Origin: Octopus sinensis
Lineage: Eukaryota
Assembly (NCBI RefSeq): GCF_006345805.1
Contig: NC_042997.1
Span: forward strand, 197,036,001 to 197,100,000
Direction: 5' to 3'
DNA: 64,000 nt
Shown: piece after piece, positions 39,888-53,153 of the stretch
Layout: the number at the start of each line of letters is the position of its first letter
Numbering within the stretch: position 1 is the first letter of the stretch
Program-made: the position numbers and the translations under genes
The notes under the pieces: model-generated
Seen by the model: only the letters and a program-made list of their open reading frames with translations
Told to the model about the DNA's origin: nothing
Database searches by the model: none

Positions 39888-40425
39888 GGTGGCCACTTGG
39901 GTGGATAGTCAAAACACCAGTCAAAATGCTTAATGGGATTTCGTCCGTCTCTACTTCTGCGTTCATATGTTACCTAGTTCAAATTTGCCTTTCATACTTC
40001 TAGGATCAATAATATATGTATCAATTGAACACTGGGGTCGATGTAATCGATTTATATCTCACACAAACTTTCTGGCCTTGTGCCACAAATGTGCAACTAA
40101 TGATGAAAGTATTTTTAAAAAATGGGGCGAGCTGGCTGATTCGTTAGCACACGGTTGGCATTTTGTCCGTCTTTACCTAAGCCGAGGTCGACTTAGCCTT
40201 TTATTCTTTTGGTGCCGATAAAATAAGCATCAGTTGATCAATCAGATCGTTATAATATACTTAGACCCTTCCCCGAACCTGCTGCCCTTCTGCTAAAATT
40301 TGAAACCAATATTTCTTTCTACTCTAGCCACAAGTCTTGAAATGATGGAGAAGGGAGCCAGTCGATTAGATCGATCTCAGTACGCCACTGGTACTTAATT
40401 TGACGTTTCTGCCAGCTCGCCGACT
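39888..40425. mobile_element. SINE B cluster: 39888-40100 (+), 40124-40312 (+), 40315-40425 (-, internally deleted)
   Basis: Family motifs in each copy; the last two are tail-to-tail. Confidence 0.7.
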
Positions 40426-40504
40426 TAATTTGGAACCGACATTAAAAGCATACTTAGAGAGAAAATAGGTGTACGCACCCATAAATAGGTCTGTTTCGCT
40501 GATT

Positions 40505-40615
40505 GTAGATATATAAAGAACATGCGTGTTTGCACACACACACGGTCTGGGAATAGAAACTGCGATCCTACGTCCGCGAGTCCGCTGCACTAATCACTGG
40601 GCTTTTGCGCCTCCA
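40505..40615 (-). mobile_element. SINE C head
   Basis: CGCGAGTCCGCTGCACTAATCACTGGGC..GCGCCTCCA. Confidence 0.75.
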
Positions 40616-40616
40616 T

Positions 40617-40671
<55 letters not shown>

Positions 40672-41146
40672 ATGCATATATATGCACATACATGTGTATG
40701 TATGCATATATACACGTTATGGTATGTGTATATGTATCTATTTCTCTATGTATCCAATCCCCCCACCAACACACACATATGTCCTTACATATGCATTGCA
40801 TCCGTTAATAAATCATGCATATTTATAGCAATTCAAATATTTTTCCAGTTTTCTTCCTTGAAAAACTTCGCAAATGTTACATAATAATAATATCATGGTA
40901 TATGTCATATTTTTGGTTTAAATGTCAAGGGAATTGTTGGAGATTTGTTTGGTATTTGGTCGGCATCGAGAAACCTGCCTCGTAATTCTTGGGAGATGCG
41001 GAAGTTTTACTAATGAGAAAAATGCAATTAATAAATTCGGGGAATTGTGAGAATCGCAATACAGTCATATGATATGAATATATATATATATATATTTGTA
41101 TGCACATATGCACGTATATATGTTATATATTAAATCTATATTATGT

Positions 41147-41533
41147 AATCTCTCTCTATATAAACGGCAGTTTGTCTGTGCGTGTTTCTGTGTGTCTGTT
41201 TTCTCGTACCCTCACCCTGACCACGGCTTTCAACGATTCTGATGAAACTTGACACACACATAGCCCATTTCATAATTCAAAACTACGCAGCGAAAATTTT
41301 GAAAAGTTCCCCCAGTTCTGAAAAAAATCGATAAATTCGACATGGGGTCGAGAATAAAAAAACAAACCACAGACTGTCTAGGGGACGCAACTCAACCTTT
41401 TATTACTCTCAAAAAAAAATTTACCATCATTTTTTTTTCCATTTTTTGGCTATTTTTTGGCTATAACTCTCTAAAAATGCTTTATAGTTATTTCCCTTAC
41501 AAACCTGAGCAACGCCGGGCGATACTGCTAGTA
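41147..41533 (-). mobile_element. Non-autonomous Helentron/DINE-1-like element, copy 2
   Basis: Reverse complement of 14705-15090 with only a few differences. Confidence 0.6.
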
Positions 41534-41849
41534 TACAATATAAACTTACATATTTCCATATTTATTTTAAAATATATACGTAATACAAACTATCCATTTA
41601 TTGGTATATGTGTGCATGCGTGTTGTGTGTTGTGTGTGTGTATGTGTGTTTCTACACCTATATGTGTACATATGTACAACAATGTGTAAAAACGTACATT
41701 ATCACAAACATTATGTATTACTATGTATATTTAGAAACACACACATTCTTACGTATGTGTGTATGTATGCTATTTTGTATATCTGTGTAATTATTTATGT
41801 ATAACCACACAGGCATATCCAGGAACCCACACACTCACGTACTCACATG

Positions 41850-42012
41850 TACTACGAAGTTCTTCAAGTTTTTGTCTACCAAATCCACTCAAAGGCCTTG
41901 GTCGACACGAGGCTACTATTGAACATACCTCCCCAAGATGCCACGTTGAGAGACTGAACCTGCAACTATCTGTTTGGGAAGCAAACGTCTTACAACACAG
42001 CCACAAATGTGC

Positions 42013-42015
<3 letters not shown>
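41850..42015 (-). mobile_element. Diverged SINE A head
   Basis: GTCTACCAAATCCACTC..ACACAGCCAC. Confidence 0.65.
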
Positions 42016-42062
<47 letters not shown>

Positions 42063-43059
42063 ATGTGGTGTGTGTGTGTGTGAGAGAGAGAGAGTTTGTG
42101 AGTGTGTGTGTGAGAATGTGCTGTATATACTATGCTTTTCTGAGAAATACCCTATAAAATATACCAAGTTTACAAGTCACAAATCCTATGTTAATATTGG
42201 TTATACACTCTCTGCTTATCATTTACCACTGTTATTGGCACTAAACGTACCACTTTATGTGAAACTTCGAAATTTAAATATGTTAATTGTTCCTTCTTGA
42301 AAGATGATAATTATTATGAGGTAATTAATTTAGAAAGCCCAGATACGTTATATTTTAATTAGAATTGTCACTTTGTGTTCATTAATACTGAAATGCAGTT
42401 CTCTGACAAAGATCTTTTGTCATTAAATTTCATAGGTTTTTGGTGTATCTGTATTATTCTGTATTATGCAATGAATAGTTCTTCGTTTATATGTTATTGT
42501 TTTTGAAATCTCTTCAGATACAATTCTGTGTTCGTCAGTTATATGCTTTCTTATATTTCCCACTTTCCTTAAGAAAATAATAGCTATTACATTGACAGCG
42601 TTTTCTTAGCCACGAAGAAGATCAGTGTGGTTTGTATGAAGATTCAATGGTGAGTTTTAATGCATTCATTGTGTGAACACAAACTAAGTAAATGATTTCC
42701 GCAGGACAGTTTAACTTGGAATGAAGCTCTCCGCATGTCACGTTGGTTCAGAGCTTAGAAGCTATAATAGAACAAGTTTGACTAAATGTATAATTCACCA
42801 GCAACGAATGGGCTCTGATGGAGGGTAGAGTTGCATAGAGAAAGTTATACAATGCACACCTAGTTTTGTATATGTAGACAATGAAATAGCAGAGCATTAT
42901 ACCAGCAATAGAGTAACATTCACAGACATAGAATGTACAATATATACATACTGCCTAATAGCTTTTTAGATTTTGGAAGTCATTTGGAGTTTATGTGGTA
43001 TAAATAAAAAAAGAAGAAGCCGTACACTAAAGATATGGTTCTTTAATTTTGCTTATATA

Positions 43060-43219
43060 TAGGTGCGGTTCAGTGATAAGACGTTTACTTCGCAAACATG
43101 TGGTTGCAGGTTCAATCCTATTGTGTGGTACGAGTGTCTTCAATCATTTTCTCGATCCGACCAAAGCCTTGTGATAAGATTTACGAGACAGAAACTGAAT
43201 GAAGCCCGTCGTGTGTGTG

Positions 43220-43273
<54 letters not shown>

Positions 43274-43735
43274 TATAGACAGATAGATATATAGATATAG
43301 ATATATAAATATATAAGGCGTGAGGGTAGACATTTTTTCTCTCTGTTTATTTCTTCGTATTCCTTTCTGTTGAAGAGCGTACGCTCGAAACATGACACAC
43401 TTTCTCACCTTCCCGAGCTTCAAACTATAACACCTGCTTATTGTTTATACGCCTGTCTTCGTCTTTTGTTTTTCTGTAAATTTCAACTATATAGGTGTGT
43501 GTGTGTCGGTGTAAGTATTTATGTGTGTATGTGTTTATGTGTATGTGTGTGAGTGAGTCTGTTTGTTCCCTACCACAGCGTTACAACCGGTGTTGGTGTG
43601 TTTACGTCTCCAGGACATAACATTTGAATAAGTACCTGCTAAAAAGAAATTATTACTGGGGTCGATTCATTCGGCTAAAATTTCTTCAAGGCTGTGTCCC
43701 AGCTTGGCCGTAGTCTAATGAACGAAATGAGTAAA
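43060..43735 (+). mobile_element. SINE A (head 43060-43212, tail 43555-43735) with a Penelope-like hammerhead repeat (copy c, 43325-43492) in its central microsatellite
   Basis: Copy c core at 43367: CTGTTGA-A-GAGC-GTAC-GCTC-GAAACATG (cleavage triplet degenerate). Confidence 0.65.
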
Positions 43736-45332
43736 ATATGCCGATGTTGAAATTCCAATGAAGGAAACTTGGATCTAGCTTAGAAACCGGTTCTTTCTCT
43801 ATTGGAAAGAAATCTTGAAATAATGTGAATAATGATACACACACACACACACACACACACACACCACAACACACACACACACACATATATATATATATTA
43901 TATATATATATAATATATATATATATATGTAGTTTGGTGGTACATAGGTAGCTATCTTACGTGACTAAAGCCAGAGTAAAACTAAATATAGAACTTCCTT
44001 CTTCCACACATCGATGTTTGAATTATACCCATTATCTAATAAATAATATCAAATTTTCAATACGAGGAAAATGTAGGTTCATGTTTAGTCTTATTCTGCA
44101 TTTAGTCAAATGTGTTTATTCAGAAAAATGATATATTTTTCGAAATGACGCAACGATTTGTAATGCAAGATGAGATTTCTCTAAGAATAAGCAGAGTCTT
44201 TAGCTGATAGGAAGATTTGGGTTTCACTTTAGTTTCCTGGAATATATTAAGAGAGGTGTTATCTATTTCGAAATGTTTTTATAATTTAAAATGCTGGTAT
44301 TGACTTCTCTAGGAATAAGTGATATTTTAAGGATAAAGTTGATTGTAAGCAGTGTTTGTGTTTTATCGAAGAAATGGAATTGTAATTTTCGTTTTATTTC
44401 CGTTGACATCTATAAGAGGGCATTTCTTTCATTCATGGCTTCCACCGAATCTTGCTTCGCCTGTGAATCAAAATCATCTTGAGACAAACATATTAACATT
44501 TACCTCTACAGATAAAACTTTTATTGTAATCCTTTCGGTTATACAACTCTATGTGTAAAGGCAATTCAGCGCCATAACCGGCAGCAACTTACAGTTAAGA
44601 GTTACAATGCGTAAGGATTTGTGAAATGCTCTCTTATTTATAACACTTTCTATCAACCGTTGAAATATCGGTAATGTTAATATTTCATAGAGTAATCTTA
44701 TATGTTCGGAAGACGGTGTTCGTTTTAATGATGCAAATAAAGAGATAGTTTTCTGTTTGACTGATAACACAATCTATAAAATTATTCCTGTTAAACTTAT
44801 AGAGATTTCTGGCGCAGTGGTATTGCGGAGAGATTTAGAAGCGTAAATATTATTTGAAATTCGAAACATGCAAGTTGACAAAAGAAACAAACCATTCACC
44901 AATGTTATAAAAACTTACGAACGAACGGTGCTAAGTCATATGATTTAGGGCTGGGCTGATTTACAGGAATGATATGTTAGAGAGGCAATATTTCGTTATT
45001 GCTAGGTTTTTTCAGTCTTTGAACAACGGCCATGTTGAGCAACGGTTTTAATGGAATTTTGCTATTCATATCCAACCCAAATTCATAATTTTGTCTCGAA
45101 AATCTTGTATCGAATTCTATTTATCAGAAGGTTAAGTTGCACTTCAGCCTCAAGAAATAAGGGAAATTTAAAGTTATACATTCATAATTACGCCCAAGTA
45201 AATATGAGTGGCGATGAAAAGAAATGCAGTATATACATGAATATACACAAATATAGCCACACTAATACATGTATATCCATGGATTCACATATGTGCACAT
45301 GTAGGTATATAAATAAAAAATGTCCAACATAT

Positions 45333-45527
45333 ATGTTGCTGTCCTGGAAGGGACGAATGTTGCTGTAGTTTAGCCCCAGGAAACACCGTTTCCAGCTGGC
45401 TATAGGACACAATGTGTATCCTTATATTTTCGAATAAGACACAGATATTGCGTCGTATAGCCAACTTGAAGCGATGTTTCCTATGGCTAAACAACAATAA
45501 CATTTGTCCCGTCCAGCACAACCACAT
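45333..45527. mobile_element. Foldback/palindromic MITE-like element
   Basis: Two ~90-nt imperfect inverted arms (roughly three-quarters identical by eye) around a ~10-nt loop (TATTTTCGAA). Confidence 0.8.
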
Positions 45528-45599
45528 TATGGTGGAAAATATCCTTTACTTTAAAGAACTGTTACTGAACATCTCTCCTTGAAAGTTTTAGAAATAATG

Positions 45600-45740
45600 T
45601 TTATACACAAACATATATATATATGCACATATATATTATGCACATATATACACACACACACAACACACACATATATATATATTATATATATATATATATG
45701 CACATATATATACACACACACACACACATATATATATATG

Positions 45741-45778
<38 letters not shown>

Positions 45779-45869
45779 TATATATACACACACACACACA
45801 CACACATATATAATATATATATATATATATGCACATATATATACACACACACACCACACACACACACAC

Positions 45870-45917
<48 letters not shown>

Positions 45918-46010
45918 TATATATATACACACACACACACACATATATATACACACACAATATATATATATATTATATATATATATATATAGACACATAC
46001 ATATATATTT
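45600..46010. repeat. Higher-order (TA)n-TGCACA-(TA)n-(CA)n array
   Basis: The motif TATGCACATATATATACACAC recurs several times; source of the poly-YI/HT ORFs. Confidence 0.9.
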
Positions 46011-46504
46011 TGAAGAGAGAAAGAGAGACAAAGAGAGATAGTTACACACACACACATAAACTCACCGCGTATGTATTATATACACACAACATGTTTTCTA
46101 TGCAGGTTCTTCGTCGATATAGCACTCATCTCGAGGCTATGCTTCCGAAACCACGTAGACGCTGTGCAAGCTTCTGTATGACACGGCTATTACTATTACC
46201 ACACTTAGTATTAGGATATCTCTAATGGTTATATCTTCTCATACGGAAGAGATATAATCGATAGCAATAATCCAATATTTTACACATATTTTATAGACTC
46301 CAGTGAGATGAAGTCAAAGATTACTATTTGTAATGTAGAAGGTTAAATCTTAATATTTTCAATGAATATGGTGAGCGCTGTTCTGTTGTTACACTTAAAT
46401 GCTATGTAGTCAACTTGCAGTTCTATCCAGCATTTTACTAAGATGCTGGAAGTGAAACAAAATGAATGTTCTTAACATATAACTCCTATTGATTTTAATA
46501 ACGC

Positions 46505-47490
46505 CGGCTGCGAAGAAGAGTTAATTCAATTGAGGCAGGTCACGAGTTGGGTTCAAATCCCGACGAGATCGACTTTAATTTTCGAGGTCGATAAATAAAT
46601 AAATAAAGTGGTAGTCTAGGACGGTGGTAATGGCGGAAACCCTCCTTTCTTCTATCGTTTGATAAATGCTTTAGGCTTTTAACTAGACTAACGGCTCAGC
46701 AGATAAGTCGATCAAATAAGCACCATTATTTCATTTGTGTGTGTACGTGCGCGCGTGCGTGCATGCTTGTCTTTGTGTTTGTCCCGCTATCACAGCTTGA
46801 GTACTGGTGTTGGTTTGTTCACATCCCCGTAACTTAATTTTTCGGCAGAAAGACTAATAAATTACGTATCATACATAACACAAATAATAATACTGGGATC
46901 GATTCATTTACCTAAATATTCTTTAGAGCGGTGCTGCAGCATGGCCGCGATTTAATGACTAAAACATGTAAAACGTAATTAATAACTTATAACCTCTTTC
47001 TCGCTCCCTCACTCTTTCTATCTCTACAAGTATATTCCTATGTGTATGTCCGTACGCATGTGTATATGTGGTGTGTACTTGCCTCCAGTGCTAAAACGTA
47101 CATTCGACAAAAGACGCCAGATGCCCAGACAGCTGCACCTAAACGTCTCGTTCCTCTTTAGTGATGACCAGTCTATAACAAGCATTCTAGCCAGATGTCC
47201 ACTTTCAGACAACTTTCCTCCTACCCACCATTTACTCCAATTTCCGTGGGGCCCGGAGTAAACAATAAATAAATTATTGGTTTGAAGTTGTGTTACAATG
47301 CCAGTAATTTCAAAGGAAGGCTTAACACGATTTCATTGATTCCAATGCTGAACTGATATTTATTTTATCCACTCCGAAAAATGAAAGGCAAAGTCCACCC
47401 GACAGAATTTGAACTCAGAACGTACCTTCGGACGAAATGCCGCTAAGCACTATGCCTAGTGTGCTAGCGATTTCGCGAGATCACCTCCTT
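46505..47490. mobile_element. Diverged SINE fragments: B (+, 46505-46620), A tail (+, 46740-46975), B (-, 47365-47490)
   Basis: Family motifs recognisable. Confidence 0.6.
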
Positions 47491-47939
47491 AAAAAAAAAA
47501 TAAACCATCGCCTGTCTATTTCTAGATGGGTAAAAACTACCGAGCTATAAGACATTGATTAGACACAAGTTGTGAACGACACGTTAACGAAACTGCTACT
47601 CCATCACTAAAATACGAAACTGACTCTATAAATGGTACGCTAATATTCCTGTTTGAACATGACGTTAATATAATTTTTAAAGTGACACGATAACATGACA
47701 GTTTAAATGTAGAGCTAATCAGACTGTTTAACGATAATGGGGTTAATTTATCACTAACGACCTTATTTCCGATGTTATCCACTGAATTCTATATAATTTG
47801 TAGAACCAGGAATGGTTTACAGAAAGTTGTTTTTATTGATTTTTCTTTTTTTTTGTTCTTATTTATTTATTTATTGGGCTTGTTAATATCGTTTATAATG
47901 ATGACAGCAAGAAAAAAATGTCGACAGGTATGAAGATGG

Positions 47940-47953
47940 GAAAAGACTGATGG

Positions 47954-47988
<35 letters not shown>

Positions 47989-48480
47989 GTGGTGGTAATG
48001 ACGATGGTGGTGATGAGGACGAGGGGGAACGGGAAGGAGGGACGATAATTTGGACGAAGATGAAGATATTAGACATGAAAATAATCAAGATGATGTTGAT
48101 AGTGACGATGAAGCTGCTTGTGGTAGTGACAATGATCGTAGTGATGATGATGATGGTGATACTGAAGCTGATATTGATGAGGATGAGGAGGTGGAAGGTA
48201 AGGCGATAAAATAAAGATGAAAATAATGATGCTGATGCCGGTTTTGGCGGGGATTATGATGGTGCTGGTTATGATGATAATGATGGCGACAACGATGATA
48301 TCGACCTTAATGACGATAGTGATGAGAAGGAGGAGGAGGATAGTGATGAATATTAAGGATAATATAAAGATGATCATACTGATGACAGTAATGCTGATGG
48401 TTTTAATGGTGATGGTCGTGATGATGTGAATGGTAATGACAACGACGACGATGACGGTGGTGATGATCTTCATCATCATC
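47940..48480. repeat. Degenerate (GAT)n trinucleotide tract
   Basis: GAN/GAT periodicity with in-frame stops in the Asp frame. Confidence 0.85.
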
Positions 48481-48537
48481 CAAAAGACCTATATGTTATG
48501 ATTGAAGTTCAATACAGACACAAAGATACATACATGC

Positions 48538-48577
<40 letters not shown>

Positions 48578-48633
48578 GTGCATGCATGCATACATAGTTA
48601 AATACACACACACACACACACACATAGTTAAAT

Positions 48634-48680
<47 letters not shown>

Positions 48681-48919
48681 ATAAACTATATGCTTAATAT
48701 ATACCTATTGATTTAAGGGAAATTCATTCCCCAACAATACCAGGTATGGAAAGAGTATTTCATTGGATGCATCCACCCCTTTACAAGCTTAACGTGTCCT
48801 CTAATCAAATCTATCTGTCTATGCAGGTATCCATCTATCTCTCTCTCTCTATATATATATAATATATATATTATATATATATACATACATACAAATATTA
48901 TATACATACATACATATAT

Positions 48920-48973
<54 letters not shown>

Positions 48974-49709
48974 CGAGTTGTCGCACATATTCGCTCGCTT
49001 TCTCCCCAAAATTTAATGCCCTTAACTTACTTTTTAGGGCCTACCAATTATGAACAGTCTCACGTGTAACAAGCCGAAACTGTAACGATTATCTGAAACT
49101 TGACTGATGAATAGAAAGCTACGAATATTCCGTCCTGGTTTTCCTGTCCGTCTTGGTATCGTCCATCTGTCCGTATGTTTTCATTGTCGTCCGTTACGTT
49201 CTTGTTCTGTTTTATATATATTAGTGCGTGATTTCGGAGTTATGTAGCTACTTTTTCTAACACATCTAATAACTACGTTATGATTCCCATGCTGTCTCAC
49301 CTACTATTGATGCTGTGGTTCTTGTCGTAGCTGTTGCAGTAGTTTCAGATCTATAAAAAAAAATATCGCTTCATTCCGAATTTTGCAGTATTTGTATGGT
49401 TCTGGGATAGAGAGTTTTGAATTTATTTTGATAGTTTCCTACAGCAAAAGTGTATTAATAAAGAATGAGACAATATGGCAGAGCTGACGAGACTTTCCAC
49501 GATTTATTGCGACAAGACTGCCTGGTACCTAAGAGAAACACATGATCACACTTACACGATATGCGAGTACAGATAGTGAGTGTGTGTGTAAGTGTGTTTG
49601 AGAGAGAGGAGTGAAAAATATATTACACAGGAATATAAGCAGAAATAGATGCTTACATACATAAACAGAGAAGAAGAGAGGGAGGGAGGTAGAAAGATAT
49701 AGATAAAAA

Positions 49710-50365
49710 TGGCACTCCGTCGGTTACGACGACGAAAGTTCCAGTTGGTCCGATCAACGGAACAGCCTGCTCTCGAAATTAACGTGCAAGTGGCTGAGTT
49801 CTCCACAGACACGCGTCTCTCTTAACGTAGTTCTCAGGGAGATTTAGCATGACACAGAATGTGACAAGGCTGGCCCTTTGAATTACAGGTACAACTCACT
49901 TTTCCCAACTGAGTGGACGGAGCAACGTGAAATAAAGTGTCCTGCAACACATTACTCTTTTACTCTTTTACTTGTTTCAGTCATTTGACTGCGGCCATGC
50001 TGGAGCACCGCCTTTAGTCGAGCAAATCGACCCAACGACTTATTCTTTGTAAGCCCAGTACTTATTCTATAGGTCTCTTTTGCCGAACCGCTATTGTTAC
50101 GATGACGTAAACAAATCACGGGGACGTAAGCACACCAGCATCGGTTGTCAAGCGATGTTGGGGGGGGGACAATCACAGACACAAACACAGACACACATAT
50201 ATACGACGGGCTTCTTTCAGTTTCCGTCTACCAAATCAACTCACAAGGCTTTGGTCGGCCCGAGGCTATAGGAAAAGACACTTGCCCAAGGTGCCACGCA
50301 GTGGGACTGAACCCGGAATCATGTGGCTGGTAAGCAAGCTACTTACCACACAGCCACTCTTGCGC
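49710..50365 (-). mobile_element. SINE C 3' part (49710-49951) abutting a full SINE A (49952-50365)
   Basis: Tail GGCACTCCGTCGGTTACGACGACG and core GCAACGTGAAATAAAGTGTC, then the SINE A tail and head. Confidence 0.85.
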
Positions 50366-50528
50366 TCACAAGTTCTACTTTACTTCTCCAGCAGTGGTCA
50401 GCAAACTCAGTCTCCCCTCTGGGATGGTTGATGAGAAAGATGATATACAGCTAAGCACTTTAAAACCATGTCTCTCCTTGATATTCTCTATTGTATATGG
50501 TATAATGTTGCATCAACTGTTTCTCACG

Positions 50529-50614
<86 letters not shown>
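50529..50614. repeat. (TCTA)n tetranucleotide microsatellite
   Basis: Directly visible. Confidence 0.97.
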
Positions 50615-50616
<2 letters not shown>

Positions 50617-51069
50617 AACTAACAAGTGCTTTATAAATGTAAAGGATACCAGAAATGGCTAGGTACAATAACATACTGTTTACAGGGAAGTAAAACAATC
50701 ATGAAGGCATCATGCGTTCGTGGGTTATTGTGGATATGTCAGTATCAAATCCAAACTAAACTGTAGATTCAACTCACGATATGTATGTATGTATGTATGA
50801 ATGTATAAAACTGCGAATGATTTAAGTACTTATTGTTGTACCATAATGACATTCTTGACAAAACAAATCATTAAACGAAAGTATTCCATCCATGTCTATT
50901 TGTCTATTTTATCTTACTATGGCGTGTATTAACATCTACAGTATTTAATGTATTTCGTGTAAAACAATAGGTTGAGACCTGGGGTTGATGATATTACTAT
51001 TCTAATAGATCATTTGATCATTAAAACACTCTCGCTGACGAAATTATACACCAATATTATTAAGCTTTT

Positions 51070-51745
51070 ACAAATAATTCCCTTAGCTGGTAGAATCATT
51101 AGCTATCCGGACAAACTTCTTAGCGGTATTCCGGCGTCTTTACGTCTTGAGTACACACTCAGCTGAGGTCGACTTCGGAGTCGATGAAATAAGAACCAGT
51201 TACGTACTGTGGTCGATGTGATCCAATAGTGCTTCCCCCACAAATTACAGGCCTTGTGTTTGTAGTAGAAAGAATTATTATTATTATTATTGGGTTGTCC
51301 GGAAAGTTCGTGCCGATTTCATAATAGCTTACCTTTCGACCTACCCTCCCAGGTACCTCAATTCTGGGAAGAAGGTATATTCAAGTTAAAGGAAAGATGG
51401 AGACGCATTGTGCAACAAAATGTTTCATATTTGGTCGATTAAAAATGTAATGGCAAGTATTTATTGACATTTTTCTTTCCTTTAAAAGTCGACATGAACT
51501 TTCTGGACAACCCAATATAACTGAATCTAAGGCGGTGAGCTGGCAGAATCGTTAGCTCGTCGGACGAAATGCTTAGCGGCATTTCGTTTGTTCTTACTTT
51601 CTGAGTTCAAACGCTATGAAGGTCCACTTTCGCTTTCATCCTATCGAAATCGAATAAATAATTAACAACTACGCACTGGAGTCAATGTAATCGAAAAATT
51701 CCCTTCCTTCAGATTCCGGGCCTTGTGCCTGTAGTAGAAATGACT
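51070..51745 (+). mobile_element. Two SINE B copies (51070-51270, 51531-51745) flanking a mariner MITE
   Basis: Family motifs; the MITE sits in the (ATT)n tail of the first copy. Confidence 0.7.
51290..51515 (+). mobile_element. Internally deleted mariner (MITE family M2)
   Basis: TIRs TTGGGTTGTCCGGAAAGTTCGTGCCGA / TCGACATGAACTTTCTGGACAACCCAA, TA duplications at 51288-89 and 51516-17, internal FWEEGIFKLKERWRRIVQQNVSYLVD*. Confidence 0.92.
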
Positions 51746-53111
51746 CTTATATCTGAATCTTTTTTCCATCAATTTTTGATTTTGTACGCTCCCTGGTGTC
51801 TTTTCTTCTTTTTTTTTTCTTTTTGCCATTCAGTTCTTGCTTTTAGAACTTGTTACTGTTCTCACTGTTGTTCTTGCTGTTTTATTTTAATTTAGCTGCT
51901 GTCAGCGTTGTTTTTGTTGGTTTTTATTCTATCATTAGCATTATGTTTTTAATTCATTGAAACTAATTGTTTTCTTTTTGTTATTGGCAGAAATGTCGGA
52001 ATGAAATTCAATAAAATCTATCAGAAACTAGGCTAATGAAATTATCTCTCTCAAAGATAATATTTCAATTTTGAAAGATGGTACTTTCTAATTTCGTTTA
52101 ATTATCGAGATAAAATAAACATACGTTCTACTTGAAACAGTAATTTTGTACAACCAATGATGACATTTCGCAAAAAAATTCAATTAAAAACAGAATTCAT
52201 ATAAAATATGTATTTCCTGTCATGCTAGATATTTTATGAGCGGTATATTTTTGCAATATTTACAATTACGCCATTTTCCCCTCGCTCTCCACTCCGTCAT
52301 TCGTAAAGTATTGTCTTGCCAGAATCTCATTCAATTTAGCTTTGCTCGTTCTAATTGTTTTTTTTTATCCCCAGCATAATCTATTTTTTACAATGTTTTC
52401 ATATTTTGAAATTTATTTCTGTCTGTAGTTGCAATTTTTTTTTTGTTTCTCTAATTCGTTTCCAACTTAAAAGCAATATGACACTTGTAATAAAATATTT
52501 ATTTACAAAGTGTAAGTAAATATATATTTCCTTCAATAATCTTCTTCACTGATGAGGGAGAAAAGAAACATTAAATTTATTTTACTTAAAATCAATTCTG
52601 AGAATTCTGCTTGTGTGTGTCGAAACCAGACCAGGTTTAGATATTATCAGGACCTAAGTTGGGGGATAAAAACAGATTCGTTTTTTTCCTTGAGCACTAA
52701 CACTCATAGGGCCAATAACCTGCTCTCAATGGCATATAAATAATCAAGATCACAAAGCATTTACGTATTCATATTCATTCTCACACTGCATGAAATGGCA
52801 GTATGGTCTCACGAAGGACGTATTTAAAATAATCACCTGAGGAAGCACATCTTACACCTTGGACAAATGATAGTGTTTACATATCATGTCAAATCTATCA
52901 TCTCATGAATGTACGACATGTGTAAAACTTTGTTGAAACAATTGTAGTGATTTAAAAAATAAAAACTGTTGTTCAATCCAATTTCTGTTATCTGTCTATC
53001 TATTTATCTAGCTATCCTCCATACCATTGTCTTTATATGTTATATATACAGATAAACGGACACCTCTCTCTCTCCCTATATATATATATATATATATAGA
53101 TATATATATAT

Positions 53112-53153
<42 letters not shown>

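Noticed and set aside
42610-42758. Possible 40-nt exon plus a 55-nt intron (42650-42704)
   Set aside because: The intron is very short with a weak pyrimidine tract, and the joined peptide (HEEDQCGLYEDSMDSLTWNEALRMSRWFRA*) is unrecognised.
43755-43800. CCAATGA...GAAACCGGTT hammerhead-like string (related fragment at ~29925-29960, - strand)
   Set aside because: The core has two mismatches, and stems I and II do not form.
44691-44842. 50-codon frame with faint cadherin-like ending (SGAVVLRRDLE)
   Set aside because: It lacks the DxD/DxNDN cadherin motifs and has a weak donor.
47161-47260. C-box-like GTGATGA suggesting a C/D snoRNA
   Set aside because: No D box (CTGA) or terminal stem at a suitable distance.
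49113-49150. CTGATGA-ATAG AAAG CTAC-GAAT..GTC hammerhead-like string
   Set aside because: GAAA is broken, the first stem II pair is mismatched and there is no stem I; at best a dead relic.
52549-52575. CTGATGAGGGAGAAAAGAAAC
   Set aside because: Both core halves are present but no stem II can form; likely chance.
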